From the NCBI RefSeq assembly GCF_009914755.1, contig NC_060930.1: a DNA stretch of 64,000 nucleotides, one strand, 5' to 3'. A program made the translations under genes and the position numbers. Below are positions 26,916-41,032 of this stretch, one piece after another (position 1 is the stretch's first letter; every line of letters begins with the position of its first letter). Under the pieces are notes generated by a model, which saw only the letters and a program-made list of their open reading frames with translations, did not search any database and was not told where the DNA came from. This DNA comes from the human T2T-CHM13v2.0 reference genome, Homo sapiens.

Positions 26916-28429
26916 GCTTCTCTCCAAACTTCTGAAACTGACAGTAAGATGGAGAAATTATTTCTCCCTTTTTCCACTTTTGCTAAAATGAAACTTTTAA
27001 ATGTATCTATAGAGGTAGAATCTTTCATAATTATTACATTTTGCTCTATTTGGGGATGCATACAAAGAAGTATCATTCATATCATTTTCAGACCAGGTGA
27101 CCTCTAGTGTACTCTGGCAAGTATAGTCTCTGCTTATCCCTTGGGATTGTTTTCAATCAAAGATTGCCTTCAATCCCAGAACTTTGATTAGAGGAACATT
27201 GATCAATTTCCTTGATATTAGGGCTATTGGGTTGCCATTTTTCTAACATCTGTTTCTTTTGTATTAGGTGAAATCTTCTGTTGCCATTTATAGTAGACTT
27301 TTAATGGTTTATGCACCATCGTAGGTGTTTCAACAGATGCATAGAAGAATAAATCATAATGATTTCCTTTTAGAGTGTACAGAGTAGTACCCAGAGTAAA
27401 TATTTAGAGTGGAATGTAATAAATGTTGCAATAAAGATAAGAACAAAGTCAAAGGGGATGTGGTAGAAAAATGGACTAATTACTTATGAGAAAATATATA
27501 ATGGAGGACATCCTAAGATGACCCTCAAATAGAGAGTGTTCTATGTTATTAGAGTATCCTAAAGCTCTCATTTTTAAAAAATTCAAGTTTTTAATATTTA
27601 AATACAGGATTGTTTGAAACAATAATCATTAACTTGAAATGTCCTCCTTAAATACTGGCAGTAGAAAGACTGTTAGAAGTTTTTCTTTATTCAAGTCTTG
27701 AAATAAGGCAATGGCAACTGGCAGAGAGTCAAGAAAAGGAATTAAAAAGACTCTTAGAAGGTGCAATACATAAGAATAGAACATTGACTTTGAGAAGAGA
27801 GGAAAGAGAGAGAGATGGATGAGTAAACTGTGAATCTGAGGTTTTGAGCTTGGAAAATTAAGTGAATGGTGTTGCAGCTAAACAAGATAGAACAGCCAGG
27901 CAGGTAACTGCCATGTGGAAAAATGCCGTGAGCTTAATTTGGACAAGAGCTAAGTTTCAAATGCTTGTGACTCCTCCAGGTAGGGTTGTACAGACATGAA
28001 ACTTGCACTGCTAAATCTTCTTAGGAATTAATTGGTCTAGCAGGGAATTCAGAAAATTGCAATAATGATAACAGTTGAGGAAATGACAACAATAAATATT
28101 CCCTTTCCATAGTAGTGGGAATGCAGGTTATTATTTTAGGAATTTCTCACATAGCTTGGCGGGTTCTGGTACATGCACCAGAAGATATCCATTATTTTGG
28201 ACAGCCTCATGCTCCTTCATTCTCATCCTTTGCAAGCCCTTTTAGCACAAGAAGATTTAAACTTTAGTAGCAATAATAAAAGTATAGAAAAGATTATGTC
28301 TACAGATGGCCTATGAAAGCTGAAACTGTCTGTTAAAAATCACCATTTTTTCCCTATATATGTCTTCTCATTCATTTTAGCTGGCATGGTAGAGAATGTT
28401 TTCTTTTTGCACATTGGGATAATTAGAGA

Positions 28430-28640
28430 CATGATTCATTTATTACCTAATATGTGCTAGGCTCTCCACAGACATTATCTCCAATTCTGCCAGCCCTGCT
28501 GCTGTTTTGCTGATAAGGAAATGGAAGCTGAGTTCAGTTAATTGATGTGTCCGTGGCCTCAGTTGACTTCTTTCTTCCATTCTTCTCAAACATTAGAGCT
28601 AGAATCATATCTTAGCAACAGGTGGTCCCAGCAGTTGGCA
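28430..28640 (-). mobile_element. MIR SINE relic
   Basis: attcatttatt...tatgtgctaggc...tttgctgataaggaaatggaagct...ggcagaacccag. Confidence 0.5.
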
Positions 28641-29120
28641 GAGGACACAGGCAGAACCCAGACCATTCCTCCTTTCTGCTATGGAACCTGGCCTCCATGC
28701 AACACAATGCTTAGCACTTGTGTTCTTCATATCAGGTCTTATATTTTATACTCAGCTTCTACACTCTCTGACTTTTTCCACTTGTGTTTCAGGTTCTCAC
28801 TTTCTCTGATAAGTAAGTTCAACCAGAAAATGTGAAAGCATTAATAAATGAGAGAAAAATAAACAAAGTACCTGATTGCCTTTCTCTTGACATCATACTT
28901 CTTTCTTTTCCTCCTCCTCTTTTGGAATAAAGTTGGGACAATAAAACTACACCCATTCTCTCTGTCTCTGTGTCTCTGCCTCTCTCCTCTCTCTCTCTTT
29001 GTCTCATAGTATCTTTCTCACTAGAAATAACCCCTTGCATACACACAGATATATGTACTACTTTTTCATCAAACTCTTCTCATTCCCCTTTCAGGTTTGA
29101 AATTTTCCCTTATTCCTTCT

Positions 29121-31484
29121 TGTATTAGTCCATTCTCATACTGCTATAAAGAACTACCTGAGACTGGGCAATTTATGAAGAAAAAGGTTTAATGGATTCA
29201 TGGTTCCACAGGCTGTACAGGAAGCATGGCTAGAAGGCCTTAGGAAACTTAAACATGGCAGAAGGTGAAGGGAAAACAAGCACGTCTTACCATGGTGGAG
29301 CAGGAGAGAGAGTGAGAACACTTTCAAACAACCAGATCTCATGAGAACTCACTCACTATCATGAGACCAGCAAGGGGGAAATCCGCCCCCATAATCTAAT
29401 CAATTCCCATCAGGACCCTCCCCCAACATTGAGGAATACAATTCAACATGAGATTTGGGTGGGGACAAAGAGCCAAACCATATCATTCCACCCTTGGCTT
29501 CTGCCAAATCTCATGTCTTCCTCACACTGCACAACACAATCATGTCTTCCCAACAGTCACCAAGTTTTAGCTCATTTCATCATTAACTCAAAAGTCCAAG
29601 TCCAAAGTCTCATCTGAGACAAGGCAAGTCCCTTCCACCTATGAACATGTAAAATAAAAAACAAAGTTGGTTACCTGCAAGATACTATGGGGGTGTAGGC
29701 AGTGGGTAAATGCTCCTATTCCAAAAGGGAGGAATTGGCCAAGACAAAGGGGGTAAAGGCCCCCTGCAAGTCCAAAATCCAGCAGGGCAGTCATTAAATC
29801 TTAAAGCTCCAAAATAATATTTGACTCCATGTCTAACATCCAAGCCACACTGATACAAGTGGTGGGCTCCCAAGGCCTTGGTCAGCTCTGCCCCTGTGGC
29901 TCTGCAGGGTATAGCCCCGGGGCTGCTTTCATAGGCTGTTGAGTTCCTGTGGCTTTTCCAGGAGCATAGTGCAAGCTGTCAGTGGATCAACCATTCTGGC
30001 ATCTGGAGGACAGTGGCTCTCTTCTCACAGTTCCACTAGGCAGGGCCCCAGTGGGGACTCTGTGTTGGGACTCCAACCCCACATTTTCTCTCCACATTGC
30101 CCTAGTAGAGGTTCTCCATGAGGGCTCCACCCGTGCAGCAGACTTCTGCTTGGACATACAGGCATTTCCATACATCTTCTGAAATCTAGGCAGAGGCTCC
30201 CAAATCTCAACTCTTGCCTTTTGCATACCTGCAGACCCAATATCACATGGAAGCCACCAAGGGTTGGGGCTTGCACCCTCTGACATTATGGTTTAAGGTG
30301 TATCTTGGCCTCCTTTAGCCACAGCTGTAGCTGCGTGGATGCAGTGCACCATGTCCCAAGATTGCACAAAACAGTGGGACCCTGGGCCTGGCCTATGAAA
30401 CCATTTTCCCCTCCTAGACCTCCAGGGCTGTGATGGGAGGGGTTGCCATGAAGGTCTCTGAAATGCCCTGGAGGTATTTTCCCCATTGTCTTGGCTATTA
30501 ATACTCACCTCTTTTTTTTTACTATGCAGATTTCTGCAGCTTTGAATTCCTCCCCAGAAAATGGGTTTTTCTTTTTTACCATATGGTTGGGCTGCAAATT
30601 TTCCAAACTTTCATACTTTGCTTCCCATTTAAATATAAGTTTTAGTTTCAAGTCATTTCTTTGTTTATTCAAATGACTATAGGCTTTCAGAAGCAGCCAG
30701 GCCACATCTTGAACACTTTGCTGCTTAGAATTTTCTTCCACCAGATACCCTAAATCATCCCTCCCAAGTTCAAAGTTCCACAGATCTCTAGAGCAGGGAC
30801 ACAATGCTGCCAGTCTCTTTGCTAAAGCACAGCAACAATGACCTTTATTTCAGTTCCCAATAAGTTGCTAATCTCTATCTGAGAACATCTCAGCCTGGGC
30901 TTCACTGTCCATATCACTAACAGTATTTTGGTCACAACTACTCAACAAATGTCTAGGAAGTTCCAAACTTTCCCTCATCTTCCTTTCTTCTTCTGTTCCC
31001 TCCAAACTGCTCCAACCTCTTCCCATTACTCAGTTCCAATGTTCCTTCTACATTTCCAGGTATCTTTATAGCAATGCTCCACTTCTCTCATACCAATTTT
31101 CTATATTAGTCTGTTCTTATACTGCTATAAATAACTACCCAAGACTGGGTAATTTATGAAGAAAAGAGGTTTAATTGACTCACAGTTCCACAGGCTGTAC
31201 AGGAGGTGTGGCTGGGAAGCCTCAGGAAACTTACAATCATGGCAGAAGGCAAAGAGGAAGCAAGCATATCTTACCATGGTGAAGCAGGAGTGAGACAGCA
31301 AAGGGAGAAGTGCTACACAATTTCAAACAACCACATCTTATGAGAACTCACTCACTATTTCAAGAACAGCAGGGGGAAAATCCACCCCATGATCCAAACA
31401 CCTCTCACCAGGTCCCTCCTCCAACATTGAGAATTACAATTCAACATGAGATTTGGGCGGGGGACACAAAATCAAACCATATCA
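29121..31484 (-). mobile_element. Full-length THE1D MaLR element (LTRs 29121-29485 and 31102-31484, internal region between)
   Basis: Two similar LTRs (t.tattagtc...aaaccatatca) flank ~1.6 kb of THE1-int sequence. Degenerate TSD CTTCT/CTCCC. Confidence 0.95.
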
Positions 31485-34400
31485 CTCCCATTGATGAACT
31501 CAGTGGTTGCTTACAAAGTATCCAATAAAGTTACTACAATATGTTTGATGTGCTTTATGTTTTATATTGAGCTGTGACATACATTTATCACATATAATTT
31601 TCAAAACAACAACTCCTCATTTACATGAATAACTCACACTTAAGGGAGCCACATTTTTTTTTCCTTTTTTGGTCATTCACAAAAAATTGAAGAACCAGAA
31701 TTGAAACTCAAGTTTTTATCTGCCTTCAGAGCCTCTGCAGTTTTCATTACATTATCTTATCTTAAAAAATTATTCTATCTGATAGTCTCAAAAGTTTTTA
31801 GAAGTACTGGAAGAAAGATAATGATAATGACAATCTGTTAAACTTCTTTGTGTTAGGAAGTAGAAATATATTAGCATTCAAATATTGTCAACAGGGACAA
31901 CACTGGACAATCAGTAATTGTATTCATCTAAAGAATCACTAGGTTATGGGAATTCTGCCAATCTGTCACTAGATCTTAATTTTTAGAATTAAAAATGTTA
32001 AGATGAGACCAAAAATATTAGTTACTGTGCATATGTATGTCAATTATATAATATATATATATGTATGCCATCATATAGAGTAGGGTGATATTTTGATATT
32101 AATCAAGTTGTTTAGGAAATCCCACACTTTATTGCCACAGATTGTCTTCATTCTCATTAGTTCAAAAGCATTAGTGTTCCAATGGAGAAAGGGTCCAGCC
32201 AAGATGCTATACACTTGGCTTTTAAAGACAGAAAGATTGGGGAAGAAAATGTGGTTCCTCAGACCAGGTAAAGAGATTTTGGAGGTTAATCCAGGATTAG
32301 AGACAGGATCATCTGTATTTAGATTAGAATGCACCCCGCTCCCAGGCATTTCAACTCCTGGGATTTGGAGTATTGAGAATAGAGTGAGTCTTTGTTTCAT
32401 TCCTTGACTGATGTTTGGGAAGACAGAAAGCATTATAGAAAGTTATTTCACACTATTACGACATGGTAAATAGTAGGGTAGAAATTGCAGAGGCATGTCC
32501 ATCTGGAACTCTGTGTGGAGCAAGATTTTAAATGCACCGCACACAGCAGAAGAGTAGAGTTAGTAAACAGAATATTGCATAGGGTGTCAGGGCTAAGAGG
32601 TCAGGTTCCCTAGAAGCCAAGTCTGAAATAAGAATTTGGGTGCATATGCTTTATTGAAGAATGTTCATCAGGAAAAACCTACAAGAGCATTATGGATTAA
32701 AGGGTTGCTCTCCAAAGATGGCAGTATGAAGCACGGGACTGAAGGCCTGTGAGAGAACAGGAATTTCAGCAAATGGAAATATGGAAGGCAGCTGACAGTG
32801 ATTTTAATGGAATACCGATACATTTCAATGAATTCCAGTACAGTATTGCTACAGACGGTCTGTCACCCAAATCCCCTCCAAATTGTTGGGATGCTACTAG
32901 AGGAAGAATAATCTAACCTGGAAGAAAGTAAGAGGTTCAAAAGAAGGAAAATACTAAATTGACTTGCTTTATTAGAGACAGCTTTATTGAAATAAAATTT
33001 ACATGCCAAAAAATGCCTGTGTAAGTGTACAATTCAATGACATTTAGTAAATTATTGAGGTGTGAAACCATGCCCACAATCTAGTTTTAGAACATTTTCT
33101 TCATCCCCAAAAGTTATTTTGTACCTCACTGTAGTCAATTCCCATTCTAAACTTCTTCTCCAGGCAATCACTAAGCTGTTTACCTATAGATTCTCTTTTC
33201 TTAAAAAAAAAGAAAATTTATTTAAGTGGAATGATACAGTATGTAGTCTTTTGCATCTGGATTTTTTCCATTAGCATAATTTCTTAGTTCCATTCATATT
33301 GTAAATGTACTAGTAATTCATTTTTATTGCTGAATAGTATTCATTATATAGATAATAATGCATTTCATTTATCTATTAACCAGATGATGGACATTTGGAT
33401 TGTTTCTAGTTTCTGTGTATTAAGAATAGCATTGCTAAGAACATGCATATACAATTACTAACATGGACATACGTTTTCATTTCTCTTGGATAGATACCTA
33501 GGAGTGGAATTGCTGATTGAAATAGTATGTTTATACTTGACTTTCTCAGAAATTGCTGGACTGTTTTTCCAATTGTCTGTGCTATTATATGTTCTACCTG
33601 CAATGTGTGAGGCTTCTAGTTTCTCCATATCTTTGTTAACACTTGATATTGACAGTAACTTTGATACATTAATTATAGCTATTCTAGTAGGTATATAGTG
33701 ATATCTCATTATGGTTTTAATTTGCATTCTCATAATGGCTTACAGTATTGACTATCTTTATGTGTGCTTACTAGCTATCCTTTGAATATGCTGTTGGGTC
33801 CGGTTTGCTAACATTTTCTCATGGTATTCCTCTGCATCTATGTTCTTGAAAGATATTTATCTGCTGCTTTCTTGTGATTTTTTTTTCTGGCTTCACTATC
33901 AGATATTTCTGGCTTAAAAAATGAGTTGTGACGTGTTCATCCCTCCATATTTTTGAAAAGTGTTTGTGTAGCATTGATAATATACTCTCTTTAGGTATTT
34001 GATGGAATTCATGGTCGAAATCACCTGGGTCTTGGCTTTTCTTTGTGGAAAAACTTTTAATTACCAATTCTATTTCTTACTTGTTATGGGTACATGTATA
34101 TTATCTGTTTCTTCTTTAGTCAGTTTTGGGGTTAATGTCTTTCTATGGCATTGTTCATTTTATCAAAGTTGTTTAATCTGTTGGTATTGAGTTGTTCATA
34201 ATAGTCCCTTATATTTCAATTTCTGTAAAGTCAGTATCAGTGTCCCTTCTTTTATTCCCAATTTTGATGATTTGTGGTTTATCTTTCTGTCTCTCTCTCG
34301 GCCAGTCTAGCTAAAGATTTTACAATATTATGATCTTTTAAGAGAACCAACTTTTGATTTCATCGGTTTTCTCTATTGTTTTTCTCTATTTTGTTGCTTT

Positions 34401-35090
34401 CTGCTCTGCTTTTTATTATTCTCTCCCTTCTGCTTATTTTTGTATTTAATTTGTTCTTCTTTTTCTAGTTTCTCAAAGAGGAAGTATAAATGATTGAGTT
34501 ATAATTTCTTCTTTTCTAAAATAGGTAATTAAAGCTATACATTTCTCTCTGAGCATTGATTTACCTCCATCTTGTTACTTTTGATATGTTGTAATATGTT
34601 GTTTTTTCTTCATTCAGTTCAAATTATTTTCTAATTTCCCTTGTGATTTCTTCTTTTAACTCTCTGTTAATTTCCAAATATTTGGGGATTTTTCTATGTA
34701 ATTTTTGTTGTCGCTTCCTAATTGTATTCCATTTTTATAGTAACTCATACATTAAATGATTTGTAATACTTTTAAATATATTAAGACTTGTTTTATGTCC
34801 TATAGTATTTGGTCTACCCTGGAGAATGTTCTATGTGTATTTAAAAGAAAGATTATTTTGCTGTTTTTGGGTGGAGTGTTTTGTAAATATCAGTTAAGTC
34901 AAGTTGACTGATATTATTCAAGTCTTCATCCATGATGATTTTCCAAGTTGTTGTTATACCGATTATTGAGAAGGAGATATTGATGTCTCTAACAGCAATT
35001 GTTGAAATATCTATTTGTCTTTAGGGTTTTGTTTTGCTACATGTATTATGGTGCTCCTTTTAAGGTGCATATACATTTATAAGTATTGTA

Positions 35091-35294
35091 CAATAAATCT
35101 TCACTTAAAGTTGTCCATATGTTCTTGGAAATTGTAATTTTAAATGAAATTATGTACAGCAGGTCCTCCAAATTATGTTGTTTTATTCAACATTGTTTCT
35201 TTGTAACATTGATAAAAAAAACTGGTTTGTTACATGTCATTTTGCTCAAAGTCATAGTTTCCAAAAACCTGTCAATGATGTTGAGGACTTACTG
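35091..35294. mobile_element. MER6B-like TcMar-Tigger MITE
   Basis: TIRs caataaatcttca.../...tgaggacttactg, TA TSDs, and internal tacagcaggtcctc. Confidence 0.8.
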
Positions 35295-35350
35295 TATGTA
35301 CCTGATATATTGACCCTTTTGTTATTATGAAATGTTCCTTTTTATTTCTG

Positions 35351-35688
35351 CAGATTGATTATTCCTTATTTGAAATGCACGGCACCAGAAGTTGTTTCAG
35401 ATTTCAGATTTTTCAGATTTGGAATAATTGCATGTATAATGAGATATCTTGAGGATGTGACCCAAATCTCAACACAAAATTCATTTAAATTTATTTGTGT
35501 TTCATATATACCTTATACACATAGCCTGAAGGTAACTTCATGTAATTTTAAGATAATTTTGTACAAAAAGGTTATGTTAAGTACTCACGTGTAAAATTTT
35601 CCACTTGTGGCATCATGTTGGCACTCAAAATGTTTTAAATTTTAGAGCATTTCAAATTTTATATTTTCAGATTGGGGTGATAAACCTG
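35351..35688. mobile_element. MER46C/Tigger4-family MITE
   Basis: cagattgattattccttatttgaaatgc...accagaagt...ttcagattggggtgataaacctg followed by TA. Confidence 0.85.
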
Positions 35689-36636
35689 TAGTAATATTTC
35701 TTCTCTCAAACATATATTTTTGCCATTCCAGCTCGTTAATAAGTATACTTAAATTGTAAAGTTTACATAGTATATATTTTGCTATTCTTTTACATTCAAT
35801 CTGTCTGTATCTTCGAATCTGAACTGTTTCTCTTGTAAATGGGACATATGTGGATAATGCTTTTTTGATCCAATCTGATAATCTCTACCTTTGGATTAGA
35901 GTGTTTAGACCATTAATATTTAATATATTTACTCACCTGTTTGGAGTTTTGTCTATCTCTTGTTTGTTTTCTTTGTCTCTTGTCATTTTTGTTTCTCTGT
36001 TCCACCTTTTGTGTTGACAAATATTCTTAGCATCCTATTTTAATTTTTCTTTTGATTTTTAAAATATATTTTTGAGTTATTTTTTGGTAATTGCCCTAGA
36101 GATTACAATATGAATTTTAACTTATCATGTTCTACCCAAGTGGCTTAATTTCAATTAAATATAACAACTTAATTCCATTACATATAGCACATTTCCTCTA
36201 ATATTGCTCTATTCACCATCTATTTTCAGATATATGTAAGTATGTTATAAACCCCAAATAGAGTGTTAACTATTATAATTATTGCTTTATAAAATATTAT
36301 GTCTTTAAAGAAAATTGAAGAAGAAAAGAGAAAATATTTTATGCACTCTTTTATATTTCCTCACATTTTTACCGTTTCTGGCCTTCATTTCTCCCTATGG
36401 AATCTAGTTACCATCTGGTGTCATTTCTTTTCAGCCAGAGATACTTCTATTAGCATCTTGTAAGACAGGTCTCACAGCATTTATTTCTCTCAGCCTTTGT
36501 TTAAGTGAGAATGTTATTTTTTTGCCTTCCTTTTGAAGTTGCTGGATATTCTTTGTTGACAGTAATTTTCTTTCAGTATGTAGAATATTTCATTCTACCA
36601 CTTTCTGGCTTCTGTTGTTTCTGTTGAGCAGTTATC

Positions 36637-36857
36637 CTTTTTTTGTTGTTTTTGCCAACTGGAAATTTAATATGAGAAAGTATTATTTAAAAAATATTCT
36701 ACATGCAGTCTTAGTAGCGTTATCCAAAAATATTATCATTAAATAAGTAATATTATGACACTGGAAGTAACCCTCAATGCATGTTATGTAGACACCAAAT
36801 TATTCAAGGACAATTTTTTATAACAGCAATTATTTTGTACAGTGTGTTTGCATATGA
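36637..36857 (-). other. Putative L1 3'-transduced flank with second poly(A) tail
   Basis: Non-L1 sequence lies inside the TSD pair, between the L1 tail (T-run 36858-36865) and a second T-run (36638-36653). Minus-strand ATTAAA at 36666-36671. Confidence 0.8.
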
Positions 36858-38856
36858 TTTTTTTTAACTTTTATTTTACGTCTGGGGACACGTGAAGGTT
36901 TGCTATGTAGGTAAAGTCGTGGTATGGGGGTTTGTTGTACAAATTATTTAATCACCTAGGTATTAATCAAGTACCCAATAGTTATTTTTTCTGCTCCTCT
37001 CTCTCCTCCCACCTTCCGACCTCAATTACAACCCAGTGTCTGTTGTTCCTCTTTTTGTGTTCATGAGTTCTTATCATTTAGCACTCACTTATAAGTGAGA
37101 ACTTGTACTATTTGGTTTCCTCTTCCTGTGTTAGTTTGCTAAAGATAGTAGCCACCAGCTCCATCCATGTTCCCATAAAAGACATGATATTGTTCTTTGT
37201 TAATGGCTGCATAGTATTCCATGGTATGTATGTAGCATATTTTCTTTATCCAATTTGTCATTGATGGGCATTTAGGTTGATTCCATGTCTTTCCTACTGT
37301 GAATAGTGCTGCAATGAACATTTGTGCACATATGTCCTTATGGTAGAATGAGTTATACTCCTTTGGCTATAATGGGATTGTTGGGTGGAATAGATAGTTC
37401 AGCTTTCAACTCTTTGAGGAATTGCCACACTGCTTTCCACAATGGTTGCACTAATTTACACTCCCACCAACAGTGTATACATGTTCCCTTTTCTTTGCAA
37501 CCTCTCCAGCATCTGTTATTTTTTGACTTTTTAATAATAGCCATTCTGACTGGTGTGAGATGGTATCTCATTTTGGTTTCGATTTGCATTTCTCTAATGA
37601 TCAGTGATATTAAGCTTTTTTTTAATATGCTTGTTGGTCACATGCATGTCTTCTTTTGAAAAGTGTCTGTTCATGTTCTTTGCCCACTTTTTGATGAGGT
37701 TGTTTGTTTTTCTCTTGTAAATTTGTTTAAGTTTCTTATAGATGCTGGATATTAGACATTTGTCAGATGCATAGTTTGCAAATAATTTCTCTCATTCTGT
37801 AGGTTGTCTATTTACTCTGTTGAGAATTTCTTTTGTGGTACAGAAACTCTTAAGTTTAATTAGATCCCACTGGTCAATTTTTGTTGTGATTGCTTTTGGT
37901 GTCTTTGTCATGAAATCTTTGCCCATTCCTATGTCCAGGATGATATTGCCTAGGTTGTCTTGCAGGATGTTTATAATTTGGGGTTTTACATTTAAATCTT
38001 TAATTCATCTTGAGTTAATTTTTGTATACGGTGTAAGAAAGAGTTCCAAATTCAATCTTCTGCATATGGCTAGTCAGTTATCACAGCACCATTTATTGAA
38101 TAGGGAGTTTGTATCCCATTGCTTGTTTTTGTCAGCTTTGTTGAAGATTAGATGGTTGTAGGTGTGCGGCCTTATGTATGGGCTCTCTATTCTGTTCCAC
38201 TGGTCTATGTGCCTGTTTTTGTACCAGTACCATGCTGTTTTTGTTACTGTAGCCCCATAGTATAGTTTGAAGTCAGGTAACAGGATGCCTCCAGCTTTGT
38301 TCCTTTTGCTTAAGATTACCTTAGGTATTTGGGCTCTATTTTCCTTCCATATGAATTTTAAAATAGTTTTTCTAGTTCTGTGAATAATGTTGTTGGTTGT
38401 TTGATTGGAATAGCATTGAATGTGTAAATCACTTTGGGCAGTATAGCCATTTTAATGACATTGATTCCTCCTATTTGTGAGCATGGGATGTTTTCTATTC
38501 ATTTGTGTCTTCTCTGATTTCTTTGAGCACTGCTTTGTAATTCTCATTGTGGAGCTCTTTCACCTTCCTGATTAGCTGTTTTCCTAGGTATTTTATTCTT
38601 TTTATAGCAATTGTGAATGGGATTGCCTTTCTGATTTCACTCTTGGCTTGGCTGTTGGTGGTGTATAGGAATGCTAGTGATTTTTGTGCATTGATTTTGT
38701 ATCCTGAAACTTTGCTGAAGTTGGTTCCCAACTGAAGCAGCTTTTGGGCTGAGACTATGGGCTTTTCTAGATATGGAATCATGCCATGTGCAAACAAGGA
38801 TAGTTTGACTTCCTTTCTTCCTATTTGGATGCCCTTTATTTCTTTTTCTTGCTTGA
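36858..38856 (-). mobile_element. 5'-truncated L1PA (older primate subfamily, ~L1PA13-16), ~2 kb
   Basis: 3' UTR plus ORF2 fragments (37139-37321, 37353-37589, 38495-38797). The RT FADD motif has decayed to FAHG. TSD TGAGCAGTTATC at 36625-36636 / 38857-38868. Confidence 0.95.
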
Positions 38857-40503
38857 TGAGCAGTTATCTATTAATCATGTATTGTTTCCTGTGTGTGATA
38901 AGTTGTTTTTTTCCTGCTGCTTTTAATATTTTATTTCCTTCTTTGGGTTTGAACAGTTTGAATATCATGATATGTCTAGGTGTGGATCTCTTTGTGCTTT
39001 TTAAAATTGGGCATCATTGAGCTTCTTGAATCTATGTATTAACATTTTTAAATAAAATTTAGGAAGTCCCTGTTCATTATTTCTTCAAGTATTTTCCCTA
39101 CCCTTTTTCTCTCTCTGCTATCCTTCTGGGAATTCTACTACAAATATTTGGTATGCTGAGTGTTGTCCCTCAGGTCTCTGAGGCTCTTTTAAATTTTCTT
39201 CAATCTTTTCTTTCTGTGTTCTTCAGGGTGGATAATTCCTAGTCATCCATAATCAAGTTTACTGATTTTTTCTTATTTTATGTCAACTCTGTTTCTTTTA
39301 AAAATAATTTTGATTTTTTATTGAAATTTATTATTGCAGAATTATTGTCATTATATCTTCCTTTAAATCTTTAAACAGGGCTTCCTTTAATCCTCTGAAT
39401 ATATTTATAATAGGTGTTTTGACAACTCTGCCAAATCCAACATCTGGGTTCACTCAGAGTTCATTTCTTTCAACTACGTTTTTTCCCCTGCATATGGGTC
39501 ACATTTTCTTGTTTCTTTGCATGTCTCATTTTTCTTTGTTTAAAATTAGACATTTTGGGTAATACATTTAAGAAATTTTGGATTCTGTTTTTCCGTTTGA
39601 GAATTGTTATTGCTTTTTGTTTGTTTCGATTTTCTGAACTTAAAAGGGCTTTTAGCATTTACTGATGGATCTTTGTGTAGCTTGCTGAGTGTATTCAAAA
39701 CTTATACATTTTTCTAGTTTATTCTTGCTTTTCTTTTCACTAGGCCCTCCCAAATCTTTCACGCATAGATGCACAACCTTTCTTTCAATGAAGGATGTAT
39801 GAAGAGCTTAAGCTTTCTCGGGTCTTTCCTGTGTGTCCACACAGACTCCAAATCAGCCAAGAATGTGTGGTGAGATTGGTTTTTTGGGGGGTTTCTTCAC
39901 ATTTATGTGTCACCCTAGCTAGAGTTGTATGCAGAAATTACCTTGTCCATGTATGGTTCTCTTATTTCCAAGATCTCCTTGTTAAATTCCAGGCTACTCT
40001 TTGGTTCTGCCATCTTCCATTAAGAGCAATCACAACTCAGAATAGCAGGGCTGTGTGCTTTTCTTGTTCATTTTCTACCAATTTTACCATTTTTACTAAC
40101 AGTCCAGCTAGAAATGGATTTTTTTGGCCTCAGTTCAAAAATAACCCAGCCCCATCCAGCAGTGAAGTTGCTGGTTTTGATAACCAACTCTGCCTTGGTA
40201 TCACCATCCTACCACATGAGCTGTCAAAATGGGATAGTACCAACAGATTCCCACTCTTCTTAGCTAATGGTCTACAGTTTTCCATAATTAAATACTTCTT
40301 AATTTGTTTTTAATCTTGCTTGATGTTCTGAGCTCTTAGATGATTGTTCTTAAAAATTTTGTTTAGTTTTATAGTTTTGTTTTTGAGACAGGATTTGCTG
40401 ACTTCTTTACCATCGTTAAAAGATCTGCCCATCTGACTTGTTTTTAAAGAGTAATAAACTGCAAAAGCCCCAGCTTAATTTAACTTGAAATTACTAAATT
40501 AAG

Positions 40504-41032
40504 TGTGATTGACTAGAGATGGACATAGATTTTTTTGTACTTCACCCATCAAGAGGTGGCGTCTGCATTCCTCTTCCCTTTCCCTCCTCCTTTGGATTCA
40601 GGAGGCTCAGTGAAAACTTTGACTTGCAGAATATAGCAAAATAACTTTTAGCCAATTTCTAGCCCAGGACTTACAAGATTGATTGCTTTTACTCTCTTTT
40701 ACTTTTTAAATCGAAACATAGCTACTGTGTTGTGAGGTAGAAGCGACTGTGGAAAATCCTTGTGGAAAGGCATGAGACACCTTGTGGTATCTAAGGTACC
40801 AAGATACCTGGCCAATAGCCTCAGCTGAGTGCCACCTTGCCAGCCATGTAAGTAAGCCATGTTGGCAGTGCATCTTCCAGACCTAGTTGAGCTACCACAA
40901 TTAATTCAGTCTGTAGCAGAGATGAGACTTTCCTGCCCAAATTGTAAATCTGTGAGCAAAATAAAAGATGATTGTTATTTTAAATCACTAAGTGTCTGGG
41001 TGGTTTGTTACATAGCCATAAATAACTGGAAC
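40504..41032 (+). mobile_element. MLT1G/H-like MaLR solo LTR
   Basis: cccatcaagaggtgg near the start; gtgagcaaaataaa...ttgttattttaa...ggtttgttacatagc...taactggaaca at the end. Confidence 0.8.

Larger units (their letters stand above)
32968..40430 (-). mobile_element. Old L1M (L1MB/L1ME1-like), internally deleted, hosting nested insertions
   Basis: 3' end agctttattga...aagtgtacaattcaatg. ORF2 remnants include 33458-33733 (MQIKTIMRYHYIPTRIAII) and 33819-34067 (KKSQDPGDFDHEFHQ, similar to KKSPGPDGFTGEFYQ). 5'-like sequence resumes after 38868. Confidence 0.85.

Noticed and set aside
37139-38797. L1 ORF2/RT-like ORFs as a functional gene
   Set aside because: 5'-truncated, frame-broken, and the catalytic FADD motif is mutated to FAHG.
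39795-40313. 172-aa plus-strand ORF
   Set aside because: Antisense to the decayed L1M 5' region, with no recognisable homology.
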